Shown here piece by piece: positions 50,229-63,410 of a stretch of DNA of 64,000 nucleotides. The translations under genes were made by a program, and so were the position numbers. Origin of the DNA: Lingula anatina (lineage: Eukaryota; Animalia; Brachiopoda). The DNA lies in the NCBI GenBank assembly GCA_051362555.1, contig CM120648.1:19836587-19900586 (forward strand), in the 5' to 3' direction. How positions within the stretch are numbered: position 1 is the first letter of the stretch; each line of letters starts with the position of its first letter. The notes under the pieces are model-generated. The model did no database searches and had not been told where the DNA came from. It saw only the letters and a list, made by a program, of their open reading frames with translations.

Positions 50229-52500
50229 TTATTATACTGACGCTAGTCTTAGCTCCGATGCACATTGTAAGTATTTCCCGAAGCTGTTTAATTGTGAGAC
50301 ATTGTTAAAGGCCCAGTCACAATGTCGGCGATCTGTCGGGGATTAGTTTTGGCCGGGGGTCGTCGTAGAAAATAAAAAAAAAATCCTTGAACAATCCTAG
50401 CAATAATCCTAATAAAAGTGGAGCAGTCACATTGTCTGAGATTTTGACCCGGTTTTGTCGAAAAATCGTGGGATTAGCCTCCGATTGCATCGGAGGCGAT
50501 CGGAGACGATACCTGCGAGCGTCTTTTCTCTTAATTTTTTCCCCCTGGGTATATGTGGTTATATATGGGTATATATCCGGAGGACGCCTCCGATTAATCG
50601 GAGGGCATCGTAGGTCATCGGAGATTGTGTCTGGGATGCCCAAAATGGGTGAAAAATCTTGCGAGCAATCTTAAAATTTTAAGTTCAAAGTTGGGGACCG
50701 CGACGGGTGTGGCGATGTCTAAAAAATCTGCGACAACCCGCAGGCGTCCGGAGAGCGCCTCCGACGGGTGCAAAATCGTGAGATCTGTCTCAAGATTTTG
50801 TTAAAATTTCCCGGGTTTTACCCATCCCCGACGCATCGCAACTGATTTGTGACTGGGCCTTAAGTGATAATAGTTCAATTAGTTTGAAGACTGTAAGCTT
50901 TTTTTACCCTTTAACATATATATATATATATATATATATATAGATAGGCCTATATGAAGCCAGGGATCTTCTCTTGAAATAGTATTTATTTCAAAAGATT
51001 TACACATCACGGTCTCCTCTGCATTCACAGCAGCGAGGCGGCCCGGCTCGTTAAAATTCTCAAGAGACTCGCTTAAATTTGTTAAAATAAATAAATAAAT
51101 AAATAAAACCCTCGCTGAGATAAATTACTACTAACAGTATTTTTTTATTCAGGTTAACTGAAAATTATAAAGATGGTGAAGTAGCCATTAATTTCCTACG
51201 GATCATGTAGAAAGGTGATGAATAAGACAATATATGGAAAAACTGGTCGTTTATAACTGACCAAATATGTCTAGAGATAATACAGTTTACATTCAAGTTG
51301 ACCACCAATATCTGGCATATATATGCATATTTGTAATGTTAAGATTTTTCATGTTTTTAAAAAGGCAAATAATTAAATTAAGACTAGACATAAGGAAGTG
51401 CACATGGGGCATTTTGGTAGTCATTTTAACGTATTTTCATTAATTCCAATCTGATTTCTTTACCGATAAATTATTCGTATTATGGTTTTCAGAGATCGTT
51501 TCATCTTCACCACCCTCCTGCAGATAAAAGCTATGCTGAAGAATAACATTATTGTTCTTACAAGGTTAGAGCAAAGATTGAAACAGAACAGAAATCCTGA
51601 TGACAATATTGTCTTAATTGACGAGTTTGCATTTCCTATGGAGACTAGAGAAGATGTGGCAAGGGTTGAAAACATACTTAAAGATAAACATAATGAAATT
51701 ACTGGTAAGTTAAAAAAATAATAGTGTGATTAAAATTAATTAATGTAGTAATTGTTGTGCTGAAGCTACATATGGAATAAATAATAAGTTAATTTTTAAA
51801 ATAGTGGTTATTTGATAAATGATTAATATAACATTTTAATCTGAACACTTATCATTTGTTGTATGTATAGGGCCTATATATAAATGTGCTTTACTAATTA
51901 AGAATATCTTATATTTATTTCAAAAGTCAAACCACCTTGCCACACTGGGAGGGTTTTCCTCTAAGGAAATGGTACAGTGTAGATAGGATCATGTCTACTA
52001 TTTTTAAAACTAACATATTGCATGCCAGTGTAACTGGATTGGGAAGTGCGGAAAGGTTGCACTAAAAAAACCTGACCTTTACAAAAGCAATGGAATGTTT
52101 GCATTTCGTAATGATCAAATAATGTTTGCTCAGATATATTTTTACATATTAATTGTATTATTATGATCCTGAAGTAAAGTTACAGTTCAAAATATAAAGA
52201 TTGTTTCTTCTGAACAACTTTGTCTTTTTAAGGTTTTTACATATATTCTCTTAAGGATAAACGCATATCAACCTATTTCTGTCCTTTGATGAGACCATTC
52301 CGTTTTGTAACTCCTTTTTGAACCATTTTTGTTTACTGTCCAATTTAGCACTGTTAAGATAGGAGGATTAAGTTAAGTTTTTTATATTTTACAGATGCAG
52401 GTAGATCGAGAGCTACGGAGGCTGAATAAGACATGCACCAAATTGTGGCTCAAAAATGCGCATGATAGGGATGGCGGCAGAAAATTGAGGGAAATCAAAA
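48990..52500 (+). mobile_element. Decayed EnSpm/Mirage-like element with DUF4806-like exons
   Basis: CCACTGGTG subterminal repeats at 48990-49140. Exon fragments FPMETREDVARVENIL, LATLGG...CNWIGK, WLKNAHDRDGGRK, with stops. Confidence 0.5.
50309..50860. mobile_element. Harbinger/Tourist-like MITE
   Basis: TAA|AGGCCCAGTCACAA ... TTGTGACTGGGCCT|TAA. Confidence 0.85.
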
Positions 52501-52522
52501 CAAGGAAAAAAGGAGGTAAATA

Positions 52523-52631
52523 AACACACTGGACAAAAGAAGTGTCACCCCCTGCAGAGTAATGAAAGTTATAATGCCTGGGTCTACTCTTAATATGACT
52601 ATTGAGTATAAAACCACTGTACTATGGAATT

Positions 52632-52672
<41 letters not shown>

Positions 52673-52769
52673 TGAATTTTGATGTTTATAAAATGATACC
52701 AGGAGCATATCATTCCAGAGTCATTTATCTCCCCCAAAGTATTGGTTCACTTCTATTGTCCAGTGTGTG
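52523..52769 (+). mobile_element. Tc1-derived MITE of the same family as 16108-26895
   Basis: Left half matches 16108-16275 and right half matches 26770-26895. Confidence 0.8.
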
Positions 52770-52989
52770 TAACAACAAAAAATAACAATAATAAATAAAT
52801 AAATAAAGAAAGAAAAATAAAAGAAAAATAAATCAAAATAAAATAAAATAAAAATCACTGTTACAGGTGATAATTGTGATGAGAAATATTAGTTTTACGC
52901 ATATCTATTTTATCTGATATTAAATTATTATTTTCCAGTTACCTTTGTACGGCATTTCTTTTGCGCGTCTATAGTTTTGCTATGAAAAA

Positions 52990-53138
52990 AATACCGGAAG
53001 TCGTGTTGCGCAAAGGATTATGGTCTATATGAATGAGGCGCCATTTTGTTCAACAACCAGGAAGTAACAGGACAGAGATTGTGGGATAATGTTGAACATA
53101 TTTGACAAAGAAAGAGATATGATCTGACCGACTTGTAG
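52990..53138 (+). promoter_or_regulatory. Candidate promoter and 5'UTR exon of gene B
   Basis: Clustered ACCGGAAGT (ETS-like), TTGCGCAA (C/EBP-like), GGCGCCATTTT (YY1-like) and CAGGAAGT. Possible donor GTAG|GTAT at 53138 to acceptor TACAG| at 53232. Confidence 0.45.
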
Positions 53139-53246
53139 GTATATGGAGCAAGTGTTTATGTTACTGTGATCTCCAAGCTGCAGCACCAGAAGTGAACATA
53201 AAGTTTAGCAATCACTGACAGAAATATTACAGGATCTACTGTCGGA

Positions 53247-54186
53247 ATGGAAGCCATGTTAGGGCAGTCTAGACGAGGTGTAAATCCAAGATCAGGACAG
53301 GTGACAGTACAGACACAACCTCCATTAGCTGAACAGGAAACAAATACAACATCAGCTACACATCCTAATGTTTTCTTTGACAAGGCAGAATGTGTGCGTT
53401 CCTTCAGTGCTAAACTGGAAGATGATAGAATAACTGACATAACTGGGTTAGCCATAGATAAGGAACACATGTTTGTTGTGGATAGATATAACAACAGAAC
53501 AAAAGTATTCACACATGAAGGACAATTTAAGTTTGACATTAAAGTAAACATACCATGGGATGTGGCTGTGTCACAGACTGGTCACCTGTATATAACATCA
53601 TGGGGTGACAGATGTGTCCAAGTGTACTCCACCAGAGGTCAGCAGGTGACAACCATGGGTCAGGGTCTACTGGAGTTACCACTGGGTATTACACTGAACA
53701 GACAAGGTCATGTGATGGTTTGTGACAGTGTAAAGAAGTCCATCTTCACATTCCATGCAGACAGTGGACAGCTCCTGAACACTATTCCACTCAGTATGTG
53801 TGAATTCCCAGTGTACATCACAGTGAACAGTGTGAATGATAACATTGTGATATCAGACTGGGGCAGTGACATGCGGAGGTACTGTGTACATGTGCTGTCA
53901 CCTACTGGTGATCATCTGTACCAGTATGACGGCAGCAGAGAAGGCAGTAAACTGAGTTTTCCACGTGGAGTGTGCACAGACAGTTATGGTCACATCTTCA
54001 TTGCTGACCATGGTAACGACAGGATAGTGGCACTGAGTCCACAGGGACAGTTTATCAGATACATTGTCACTTGGGATGATGGGTTGTTGTTTCCCAGTGC
54101 AGTAGTCATCAACCCTGCTGGACAACTGGTGGTGGGAGAGAACAAGGGCAATGTTAAGACATTCCAGTACGTTGAACTGAAACAAG
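53247..54186 (+). CDS. Gene B exon: NHL-repeat beta-propeller (TRIM2/3/71-like)
   Basis: Six repeats of the type PWDVAVSQTGHLYIT / PLGITLNRQGHVMVCD / FPRGVCTDSYGHIFIADHGNDRI. Ends CAA G|GTGAGT (phase 1), or reads through to TAA at 54194. Confidence 0.92.
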
Positions 54187-55017
54187 GTGAGTAACATGTA
54201 TTAACTGTGGATAGATATGTTTATTATGTAAAAATTTTGAAAGTTTATTAGTCTTACAATGTTTTTATTCATGAATATGTTTGCCTTTATTTCAATAAAA
54301 AAACTTTTAAGCATATTTAAATTCAGTAAGCACACAGCTGTGCTTTAGTAAAAATGTATGTAGAGTGGAGACATTTTCTATAGTTAATACTTTACTGTTA
54401 CTGACCAATTTCTATGAACCCATTAGTGATTAGGATTTTGAATAAGGATGAAGAACTGTTTTTAATGGAATTTATAGTATGCTTTATTTGTATTTTTATT
54501 AAGTCACAAGAAAAACATCTTACATTGTTTAATCCCTGAACTTCTTGTCCATATGTCAGTGAAGAACAACTCAAATCTCACAACAGAACAGTCCAGTTCT
54601 TCATATTCTTCATCTTGTAGCTGTTCATGAAAGCTTAGATATACCTAAATTCTCAAATGTATTTTGTCAAATTTCTTGATGTCTTACCACTTCTAGATTC
54701 AAAGACATTTCATCACCAGTTTGTTGTTAACACACACAAATAAATTAAATGTTGAAGTACTTTGGATGATACCTTATTTTCCTGACTTTGTGGATTGTTG
54801 TTTGCAAATAAAACTAGCAGACGACCATTTTTCATGAAATGGAACTACTTTTCACAGGAAGTAGTGTATTCATACACAACAGTGACCTTGAGTTTGAAAT
54901 ACAAAAAAATAGTACATGCATTCACACTGTCACAGCATGCAAATTATAATGAAATATACAAAACTAAACACATTTTTATGTAACACAAAAAGTTAAATGC
55001 ATTTTTATTTATTTATT

Positions 55018-55059
<42 letters not shown>

Positions 55060-55062
55060 CTG

Positions 55063-55749
55063 GGGCCGGTTTCACAAAGCAGTAGTTAGTTAGCGATCGG
55101 TAGTTAGCCTCTCGCTAGTTATAGTGCCGTTTCACGAAGCAGTCGCTAGTTCTCTTGCTCGTTATTGTCTCGTTGTTACCATGGATATTTAACGACTGGT
55201 CAGAGCAGTCGCTAACTCTAGAGTTTCATCGTACGCATGCGTAATGAGTGAAATAAAAAGATTGCTTAGTTACCATTGTCTGTCGTTTGTCTTTGTATCC
55301 AATATGGCGGCTACCTTTCTTGCTATCCGTACCGCCAGACGGCAACGTAGACTACGACGTTTTCATGAAAGGCAGAATCTATTATAATATACATACGATG
55401 ATGCAATTTACGAGAGGTTGCGCCTAGCTGTGACAAAAAGAGCGGCAAAAAGGTGGTGGAGATTCTTTACGACGACCTCAAAGCAGACGTTCTTATGCAT
55501 TTCCAGCCACCAAAAATTGGAGAGTTAGTGCTTTCGTGACACTTTTACGCAAGAGTTCCACTTCCGGCAGACGGTTTCGAGACTACGGTGAGTAACGAGA
55601 GAACTAACGACCGAACTTTACGACTGAACTTAGCGATGAGTTAACTACTGCTTCGTGAAACACCCCTCGAAAATCGCTAAGTTTGCTCGTTAGCGAGGTA
55701 GTTCAGTAGTTATTTGTTCTAACTAACTACTGCTTTGTGAAACCGGCCC
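55063..55749. mobile_element. Non-autonomous Harbinger element
   Basis: CTG|GGGCCGGTTTCACAAAGCAGTAGTTAGTTAG perfect TIRs|CTG; transposase N-terminal remnant MAATFLAIRTARRQRRLRRFHERQNLL. Confidence 0.9.
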
Positions 55750-58528
55750 CTGGATAAAAACCTTGATGAAATGATTTTGATCACCTTTTTGGAAATTTTA
55801 AACTGCATGCTGATGGACCCACTTATTTATGTCATACACACTAAACATAGATGAGAAATAATATATCACCATGAACATAAAGTAACTTGTATATAAATAT
55901 ATATATTTATATATATCATGCCTAATATGTATGCACTACAGGTTTAATTCCAAATGTTATTCTTTTAAAAAAACCATATAAATAAAAACAATTTTTTAGA
56001 ATGCTTGAAAGTGAAAATTTCTGAGTATGATTTATTTTAAACAGAACAACTTTATGGCTGTTGACACTTCTGGAAAGTCCAATTATATAGGCAAAATAAA
56101 CCATAAAGCATCCTGCTATTGGAATTAATAACAAATCATAAATAAACATCAATGCTGCCATATCATACATAATACAAGAAAAATGTACGTCTACAGTGTT
56201 TTATTTACAATTTGGAACTAGAGAGTCAGATCACTCACTGACACTACAGAATACGAGTAATTTTTTACTTTCAGAAGTCAAATTTTTCCCACCTTTTTTG
56301 AAAGGGAATTTTAACTAGTAATGATGTGTACAACCATATATTATGTAAATAAATTGTATATGAATTGGTGTTGTTTATTAGTACCACCAGCGTATACGAG
56401 TAATTTTTTACTTTCAGAAGTCAAATTTTCCCCGCCTTTTTTGAAAGGGTAATTTTAACTAGTAATGATGTGTACAACCATATATTATGTAAATAAATAT
56501 GAATTGGTGTTGTTTATTAGTACCACCAGCGTATACGCTGGCGGTACTCATGGTTTTAGTCCCGACCTGTCTCGTACGGCTCCTGCGGCTCCGCCGGCTC
56601 TTGCGGCTCCGCAGTCGGGCGCAGTCGGAAACAAGTCACCGAAAAAAAAACATAACAGTTAAAATGGTCCAATCAAGGAGATGTTCAAATTGACCTAATT
56701 GACCTGTGTTTTCCTATCACTGATCACTCCTTTGATTTTCTAGACAATAGGCCTATTGGTTTTCCTTGAAATGCATTATAAGTATTGCATATTTTTATGA
56801 CTTTCCAGCAGCATTTTTATGTTGCTGGAGTACTCCTGCTACACTCCGGGAGTACTTAGGCAACATTTTACGTTCTGTAAATGCATGCATTTCTAAGTTT
56901 TATAGTAAGCACACAGCTAGGTGTTAGTAAAAATGTATGTAGAGTGGAGAAACTTTTTACTGTTAGTGACCAATTTCCATTGAACCCATAAGAATTATTA
57001 GTGAGAATGAGGCACCTGCCCATCAGGCAAGTACAATATGTCTGTAAATCTACTTGCCCTGCTCCAAATGTACTTGGTCTGCTCCAAATTAAAAAAAAAT
57101 GGGTGTTGATAAAATGTATTCTGAACAGTCTATAGGCAGATTCAGTACAATGGCGTATGTATTTGTAGGTTGATAAGTTATTAACTAAAGAAAAAAAAAA
57201 CTTCATGTAATAATCATAATAGTGATACATAATACATGTATGATGATACATTTCATCACATTATGATGCAACCACCATCAAATGGAAACAAAAATAAACT
57301 TGTTATTAAACCAACTCAGCAAATGTTTGGGCCAAGCAGATATTTAGCATCGTACAATATACATGTATGCTGATTGCCATTTCAAGTCTAAATTAAACAA
57401 ACATCATTGTCGCCTACAAAACTGATACAACTGCACCAAATATCTCTTGCTATACGAAATACTTGTTGAAATGATGTTTTCAATAGAACTTATTTTTTAT
57501 TTTATTTTTTTTTATTTAATCATGAGAAAAACATTCTAAAATGTTGATTCCCATTTCTTAGTATTATCATTATGCTTCACATATATATCAAGGCTGTTGC
57601 AATGTTTTTTTTTAACTAGTAAACAAAATCTCTGACATTGCTACAGCACATCATCTACTAGCTACAATTTTTACATCTAAGGTTTTTAGAAGTTACTGTC
57701 CCTGTGATTCATCAGCTAATATTGTTTTTATCTCAAGGTCAAACAGGCCAAAATCTCCTAAAAATGGGGGTTTAAAAAATATATATATATGTTTGTGCCA
57801 ATTTTTAGAAACTACACTGACCTAAGTGGGGGGATTACATTTTGGGACTTCATCTTCGGGAGTTTGGGGTCAATCGGTGCATTTTCACAGGAGAGGCAGC
57901 CATTAGATGCCAAAGCTGAAAACTCTCCATAAAACTGGACCTGGAATAAGAAGTCACATACTGGCAGCCAAACTGTGACCTTGAAATTTACCTTTGACCT
58001 ACTTTTCATCATAAACTAAGTCTTGCAAATTTTTTGCCTCTTGAAAAAAAAAACAAAACATTTCCACCAATTTAGAGTAGGTACGAGGGAGTTTTTGTGC
58101 AGGGACGGAGCGATAAGGGGTAGTATCAGTGCAGGAAAATATAAGTACAGGAAGTATTGGTGTGGGAAATTTAAACTGTGACGTACCTTATACACATGTA
58201 GGTACTGGGAATTGTCGGCACGGGGGTTGTATAGGTACGGAGGAGTATTTGTGTGGGGAGTATCGATCAAGGGACGTACACGGAAAGGTACTGAGAGAAT
58301 TGGTGCTGGGGCGTTTAAGGTACGCTGCAGTTTAGTAGCAGTAGCGAGAGTGTACCATTATTATGTTAAAAATTTGTCGTTGTGACAGGAAAGGTAGTTT
58401 TAATGGGTGGATTCAAATATGGTCGTAGGCACGATCTGTACATATTTCTGTAACATACATTGAACACTCCAATAACCTTTTCCCAGCCTATTTTGTCTTG
58501 ATATTATCCTCCTCTGTGCTGCTCCTTC

Positions 58529-60497
58529 ATTGTACCACCAGCCTAGGCGCTGGTGGTACACATGGTTTTGGTCCCGACCCGTATGTTCCACCGGCTCCGC
58601 CGGCTCCTGCGGCTCCTGCGGCTCCGCCGCCAAGTCACCGTTACCGCTTCTCCTTCTAGACTGTAAGGGCCTCCATACCCATCTCTTGGATTTAGGTCAC
58701 CTATAATCTCAACTCGTTCCACGTAAAATTTGGGCTTTGTCGGTATTGGGGTCTAGGTGTGGCACTCATTGCAATGGACCCTTGTCCAAAAATGGCAAAA
58801 TTAAATGCTAATTATCTCCCCTACGGAAGGAATTATGGGAAAAATTTCTACATACAGCTTTCCAAAAGTCATATGTGTAGATTTCAAATATGCCCTTGGA
58901 TTTGACCTTTGACCCTTATTTCAAGGTCAAACGGGCCGAAATTTTCAAAAAAACAAAATTTTTGCGCTCTTATTCAGACACCACACAGACTTAACTAATA
59001 ATATTAATGGAAAGTGTTACTCTTTGGGTCATCTTTCATCTCTGTGAATTTGGGGTCAATCGGTGCATTTTCAAGGGAGTAGCGGCCATAATATATCAAA
59101 ACTGAAAACTGTCTCTAATTCGGGAACCGTTAATGCTAGACACCCATTCTTTTTTTGCATTTTGTAGAGCATGTAAAGCCCAACACTGAATGTGGTCTCC
59201 GTTTTTTTTGTATTCCGTACGGTTTTCGAGTTACGCTTTATCAAAAAGTACATATTGGTGGTGAAAGCAAAATGTGCAGTATGGTAACGGATAATGAATT
59301 TTGAACTCCCGAAAAATAAAACATAAGGCTTGGCAAAGGAAGTCATATACTGGCAATCTAAATGTGACCTTAAAATTGACCTTTGACCTACTTTTCACCA
59401 TGAACTGAACTTTTCAAATTTTGCTTCCCTTTTATCTCCAAAACTGGCAGAGATAGGTCCATAGTTACTATTGAACTTGAATAGGAAGTCAAATACTGGC
59501 AATCTTAAAGTGACCTTAAAATTGACCTTTGACCTACTTTTCACCATGAACTGAACTTTGCAAATTTTGCTGCCCTCTTATTTCCAAAACTGGCAGAGAT
59601 AAGTCCATATATAGTCTCTATTGAACTTGAGTAGGAAGTCATATACTGGCAATCTAAGTGTGACCTTTAAATTAACCTTTGACCTACTTTTCACCATGAA
59701 CTGAACTTTGCAAATTTTGCTTCCCTTTTATCTCCAAAACTGGCAGAGATAGGTCCATAGTCTCTATTGAACTTGAATAGGAAGTCATATACTGGCAATT
59801 TACTGTGACCTTAAAATTGACCTTTGACCATCTTTTTACTATGAACTAAACTTTGCAAATTTTCTTTCTCCTTTATGTACAAAACTGACAGAGGTAGGTC
59901 CATAGTTACTATTGAACTTGAATAGGAAGTAATACACTAGCAATCTGTGACCTTGAAATTGACCTTTGACCTACTTTTTATGATGAACTGCTTTTTGCAT
60001 GTTTTCGGGTCTTTAAATCTGCAAAATTGGCAAAGAAATGCCCATGGTTGCTATTGAACTTGAATAGAAATTCATATTCTATGATATTGAAATTGACCTT
60101 TGACCTACTTTTTCACCATGAACTAAGCTTTGCATATTTTCTTGCCTCTCATATCTTTCAAACTAGAAGAGATGTGCCCCTTGTTGCCCCTAGGTTTTCT
60201 CTTTTGTCAGCATATATGCACCATTGACAACACTTTTCAAGGAAAACCAATAGGCCTTTTTTCTAGAGAATACAGGAGTGATCAAGGGTAGGAAAATGCA
60301 AGTCAATTCGAAAATCTGCTTGATTGTATCATTTTTTTTTTTTTTTTTTTTTTTTGCATATTTTGAGAACTCTTATTGATTGCATCTTATAGAGCTTGTC
60401 AAGCACAAGACTGGTGATGGTGTCCCTTTTTGGAATGTGCTTACTCCAGCTGGTGGTACAATATCCGGAGGCAGTATCGCCTCTCTGATCCTCTAGT
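58529..60497 (+). mobile_element. Helentron/HINE-type element with internal satellite array
   Basis: 5' TGTACCACCAGC..GCTGGTGGTACA; 3' GCTGGTGGTACA plus GAGGC..GCCTC hairpin plus CTAGT. A related 5' end lies at about 56515. Confidence 0.75.
59337..60165 (+). repeat. Tandem array, about 5.5 units of about 146 bp
   Basis: AGGAAGTCATATACTGGCAATC...TTGACCTTTGACC units start near 59337, 59483, 59633, 59779, 59924 and 60065. Confidence 0.9.
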
Positions 60498-60760
60498 TTA
60501 CTGTTTAAATTCACTTCCTTTCTTGATTGACACTCCTTCCATCATCTTATCATCATCATTTAGACATAGCTGTTCAGTCTTGCTACTACTCACCTCCATC
60601 CTGTTACTCTCAAGCACATATGCAGGCATCCACCTCTCTAGATTTTCTCTCGCTTCCTCTCTGCTATCGCTTCACAAAAAATATAACGTCTGCAAACATC
60701 ATCGTTCACCTTATCCATGAGTCCTTTTGTCAATCTGAAGCATAACATTTGTATTACCAG

Positions 60761-60991
60761 GTGAGTTTAATGAACGGCTTCGCAGTTTGTGTGAAAGTGG
60801 TAAGATTCCAGTATACCGACAGCGAGTAGCTATTGTTGGACCTTACGGTGTGGGAAAGACTCATCTCGCCAAGCGCCTCATCCATGAGGAATATATCAAA
60901 GAAGAAGATGCAAATACAACTGGCGTGAAGATATACCGCCATAGGTGTGTTGTCCATAAAGCTGGCCGATCCTGTTGGATCAGAGGAAAAG
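60761..60991 (+). CDS. Gene B exon: ROC GTPase N-terminus with P-loop
   Basis: taccag|(G)EFNERLRSLCESGKIPVYRQRVAIVGPYGVGKTHLAKRLIHEEY...NTTGVKI...WIRGK G|gtaagc. G1 GxxxxGKT plus G2 T; phase 1-1. Confidence 0.85.
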
Positions 60992-61439
60992 GTAAGCAGA
61001 ATATAGGAAAACGTTTGACACATATGGAATATGTTTATAAAGAATACAAAGAACAGAAGATAAGACATTTTCAATTTTACCGCATAATTCACAATAAGGA
61101 ATTATGCATACATGTACGTGTGGGTGTCGAAATGTGTCCTTCCCTATCTTAGTATGGTAGACGAGGGGCTGAGTGAAAAAGTACCTAAATAAGTGGTGCC
61201 TTTGTATTGTTATCAATCAGTTGACATACATGACACTTTACAATCTACTCCTACGTCCATTAATTATTTTTTAACTGGGTACAAACACGATAATTTCATT
61301 CTTTGTAAAAACACCATGCTTTATTTGACTCAATATTGAATTGAATTTTTCAACGGTGTAGCCTGATACGTACACTCAGAAAGGGTACATTTAGATACAA
61401 TGCTTGATCTACCTGTATGATCCTTCCAACTATTTTCAG

Positions 61440-61595
61440 ATGATCCAAAAGACCAGTTTGCACAAAACGTGGCAATTGGAGTACAGAATTTAGATACGTT
61501 TTGCGAGCCGGACTTAACAGTATTGGACCAAATGCCACTACAGGAATCCCTACCACATTCGGAAGAGAATATTAATAATATGCTGACAAATAGAG
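61440..61595 (+). CDS. Gene B exon: insertion within the ROC domain
   Basis: tttcag|(D)DPKDQFAQNVAIGVQNL...MLTNR G|gtattg; 156 bp, open frame, phase 1-1. Confidence 0.6.
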
Positions 61596-61874
61596 GTATT
61601 GTACATGATTGTCTCGAATAGTTCATAGTTGGTGCAATTTAAACAGATATTTGTAGTTATTCTTCTTTTTTGCCAAGAGATTCCACCTTCTGTGTGTTTT
61701 TCGTTGGCCATTCTTCCTTGAAGACTGCATCCCAAATTTTATTTTATATGTTTAAATTTTGTAAAGAAATTCCTTTCTGAATTCTTTTATCCTAGCCATG
61801 TTTTTGTTTACTTCAAGGTTGAGTCATTTTCTGCTAGAATGGTGTTTGATATTATTCTTCTCTTTATTCTACAG

Positions 61875-61925
61875 CCGCTCCCCCTGATGACAGTGAATCA
61901 CCTGCCTCTCCTGACAGAGCAGCAG
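61875..61925 (+). CDS. Gene B micro-exon
   Basis: Strong polypyrimidine acceptor ctacag|, (A)APPDDSESPASPDRAA, G|gtaagt; 51 bp, phase 1-1. Confidence 0.6.
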
Positions 61926-62059
61926 GTAAGTAGTTCACATGTAGTAAAACAAGATTCTTGTGTATTGCTCAGAATGTTCGGGAGTTTTTCTTAGCTTGCC
62001 AATTAGGTATGTCAGGGTCTACATTCTTATTTTCATCAAACTGGGACTTAGAACTGAAA

Positions 62060-63367
62060 CGGACATGAAGCCCAGTGGTAATCAAATTTTCTTAATGTCC
62101 ATGTTTTTAATAGATGATTAAAATTTTGTGGTATTTTTACAGTTGACCATTATTGCATCAAAAACCTACTTTGTGCACTATCACCATAACGTTATAAAAT
62201 GAAAACTGTTACCTATTTTTTTATTTACAATAAATGGTTCTTAGGATTGACAAACAGCTTAAATTAGAAAACCAGCTCTTTTGAATTATTGTTTTTATCA
62301 AATTATGCATTTTTTGTGAAATTTTTATTTATCTCATTCTGGTGTGAGCTTGAACTCTCATGGGCCTGAAGCCTTATGCTTACATCGTTATATACTGTTG
62401 TGCATAATTAAATTTTGGGGTTGACTGTGCAGTTAAGCATTGTATTACATTAGAACTGACAGCCTCCTATTTTGTGCATTATTATTTTCTGCTTTTTTAA
62501 AATTGTGACTTAGATATTTCATGGGCCTGAATACTGTTGCTAGTCACATTTGGGTGACAAGCCTCTAATCTTCCATTGGGTAACTACTAGCTAAATTCAG
62601 AGCTATAAGTTCACTTGCCTAAATTAAGTTTCAAGTGGCAATAAAATGAGATCATATAAAACACACATGTTGAGATTCCCTGTAGACTCCCATAGGTTAA
62701 GTTCTCTGCCAGATAACAGTGTCCATAATAGGGAAGCAGTGATAATTATGCAGATAAATGTTGTTTAATTTTGCAAATTAGTTTTCAAAAAATTATTTTG
62801 TATAATGCCAACATTAATGCTAGTTTTAAAAGCAGCTTTACTGAAATGTTTTGTTTTTAATTTCTTTCAAACACTGAGGGTTTCAACTCAATTTTTAACT
62901 CCCCTCCACCTGAACACTGCACATTTTCTGTTTTCCCACAAAAGCAGTTGTATTGGTATTTATGTATTTCAGCATTATGTAACATTATATTATTCTATGC
63001 ACTGCTTTCATATGTCAAATATTGTGATTTTCATTACTAGTATGTGAATTTGAACTTTCGTGGTCCTGAAACTGTAATCTTATCATAGGGGCAGATTGGG
63101 ATCGTCCTCAAGGTTTTCAGGAAGACGGTCAGATTTTAAAGTTAACATTGACGGGTATCTATTTTTTTTGTTGGAAGACCATCTAAAATGGAGGGTGGAT
63201 TAACAAAGATATTTTAAAATACTGTCAGAAAATACATTTGGATCCGCTCCTGTTATTGACCATGTTACCTGTTGTGCATGACTTAAATTCAGTGTCGATT
63301 GACCGTGCTATTACAAGTATTATTTATTATTGCATCAAAATGAGAAAATAACCTATTTTTTGCATCT

Positions 63368-63398
<31 letters not shown>

Positions 63399-63410
63399 TT
63401 TTGTCTGTAG
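62060..63410 (+). mobile_element. 3' part of the HINE-type family also present at 7600-9213
   Basis: Shared blocks such as TGGTCCTGAAACTGTAATCTTAT and GTTATTGACCATGTTACCTGTTGTGCATGA. Confidence 0.7.

Noticed and set aside
59337-60165. CRISPR-like or regulatory array
   Set aside because: Whole units are repeated; this is the typical internal satellite of a Helentron-type element.
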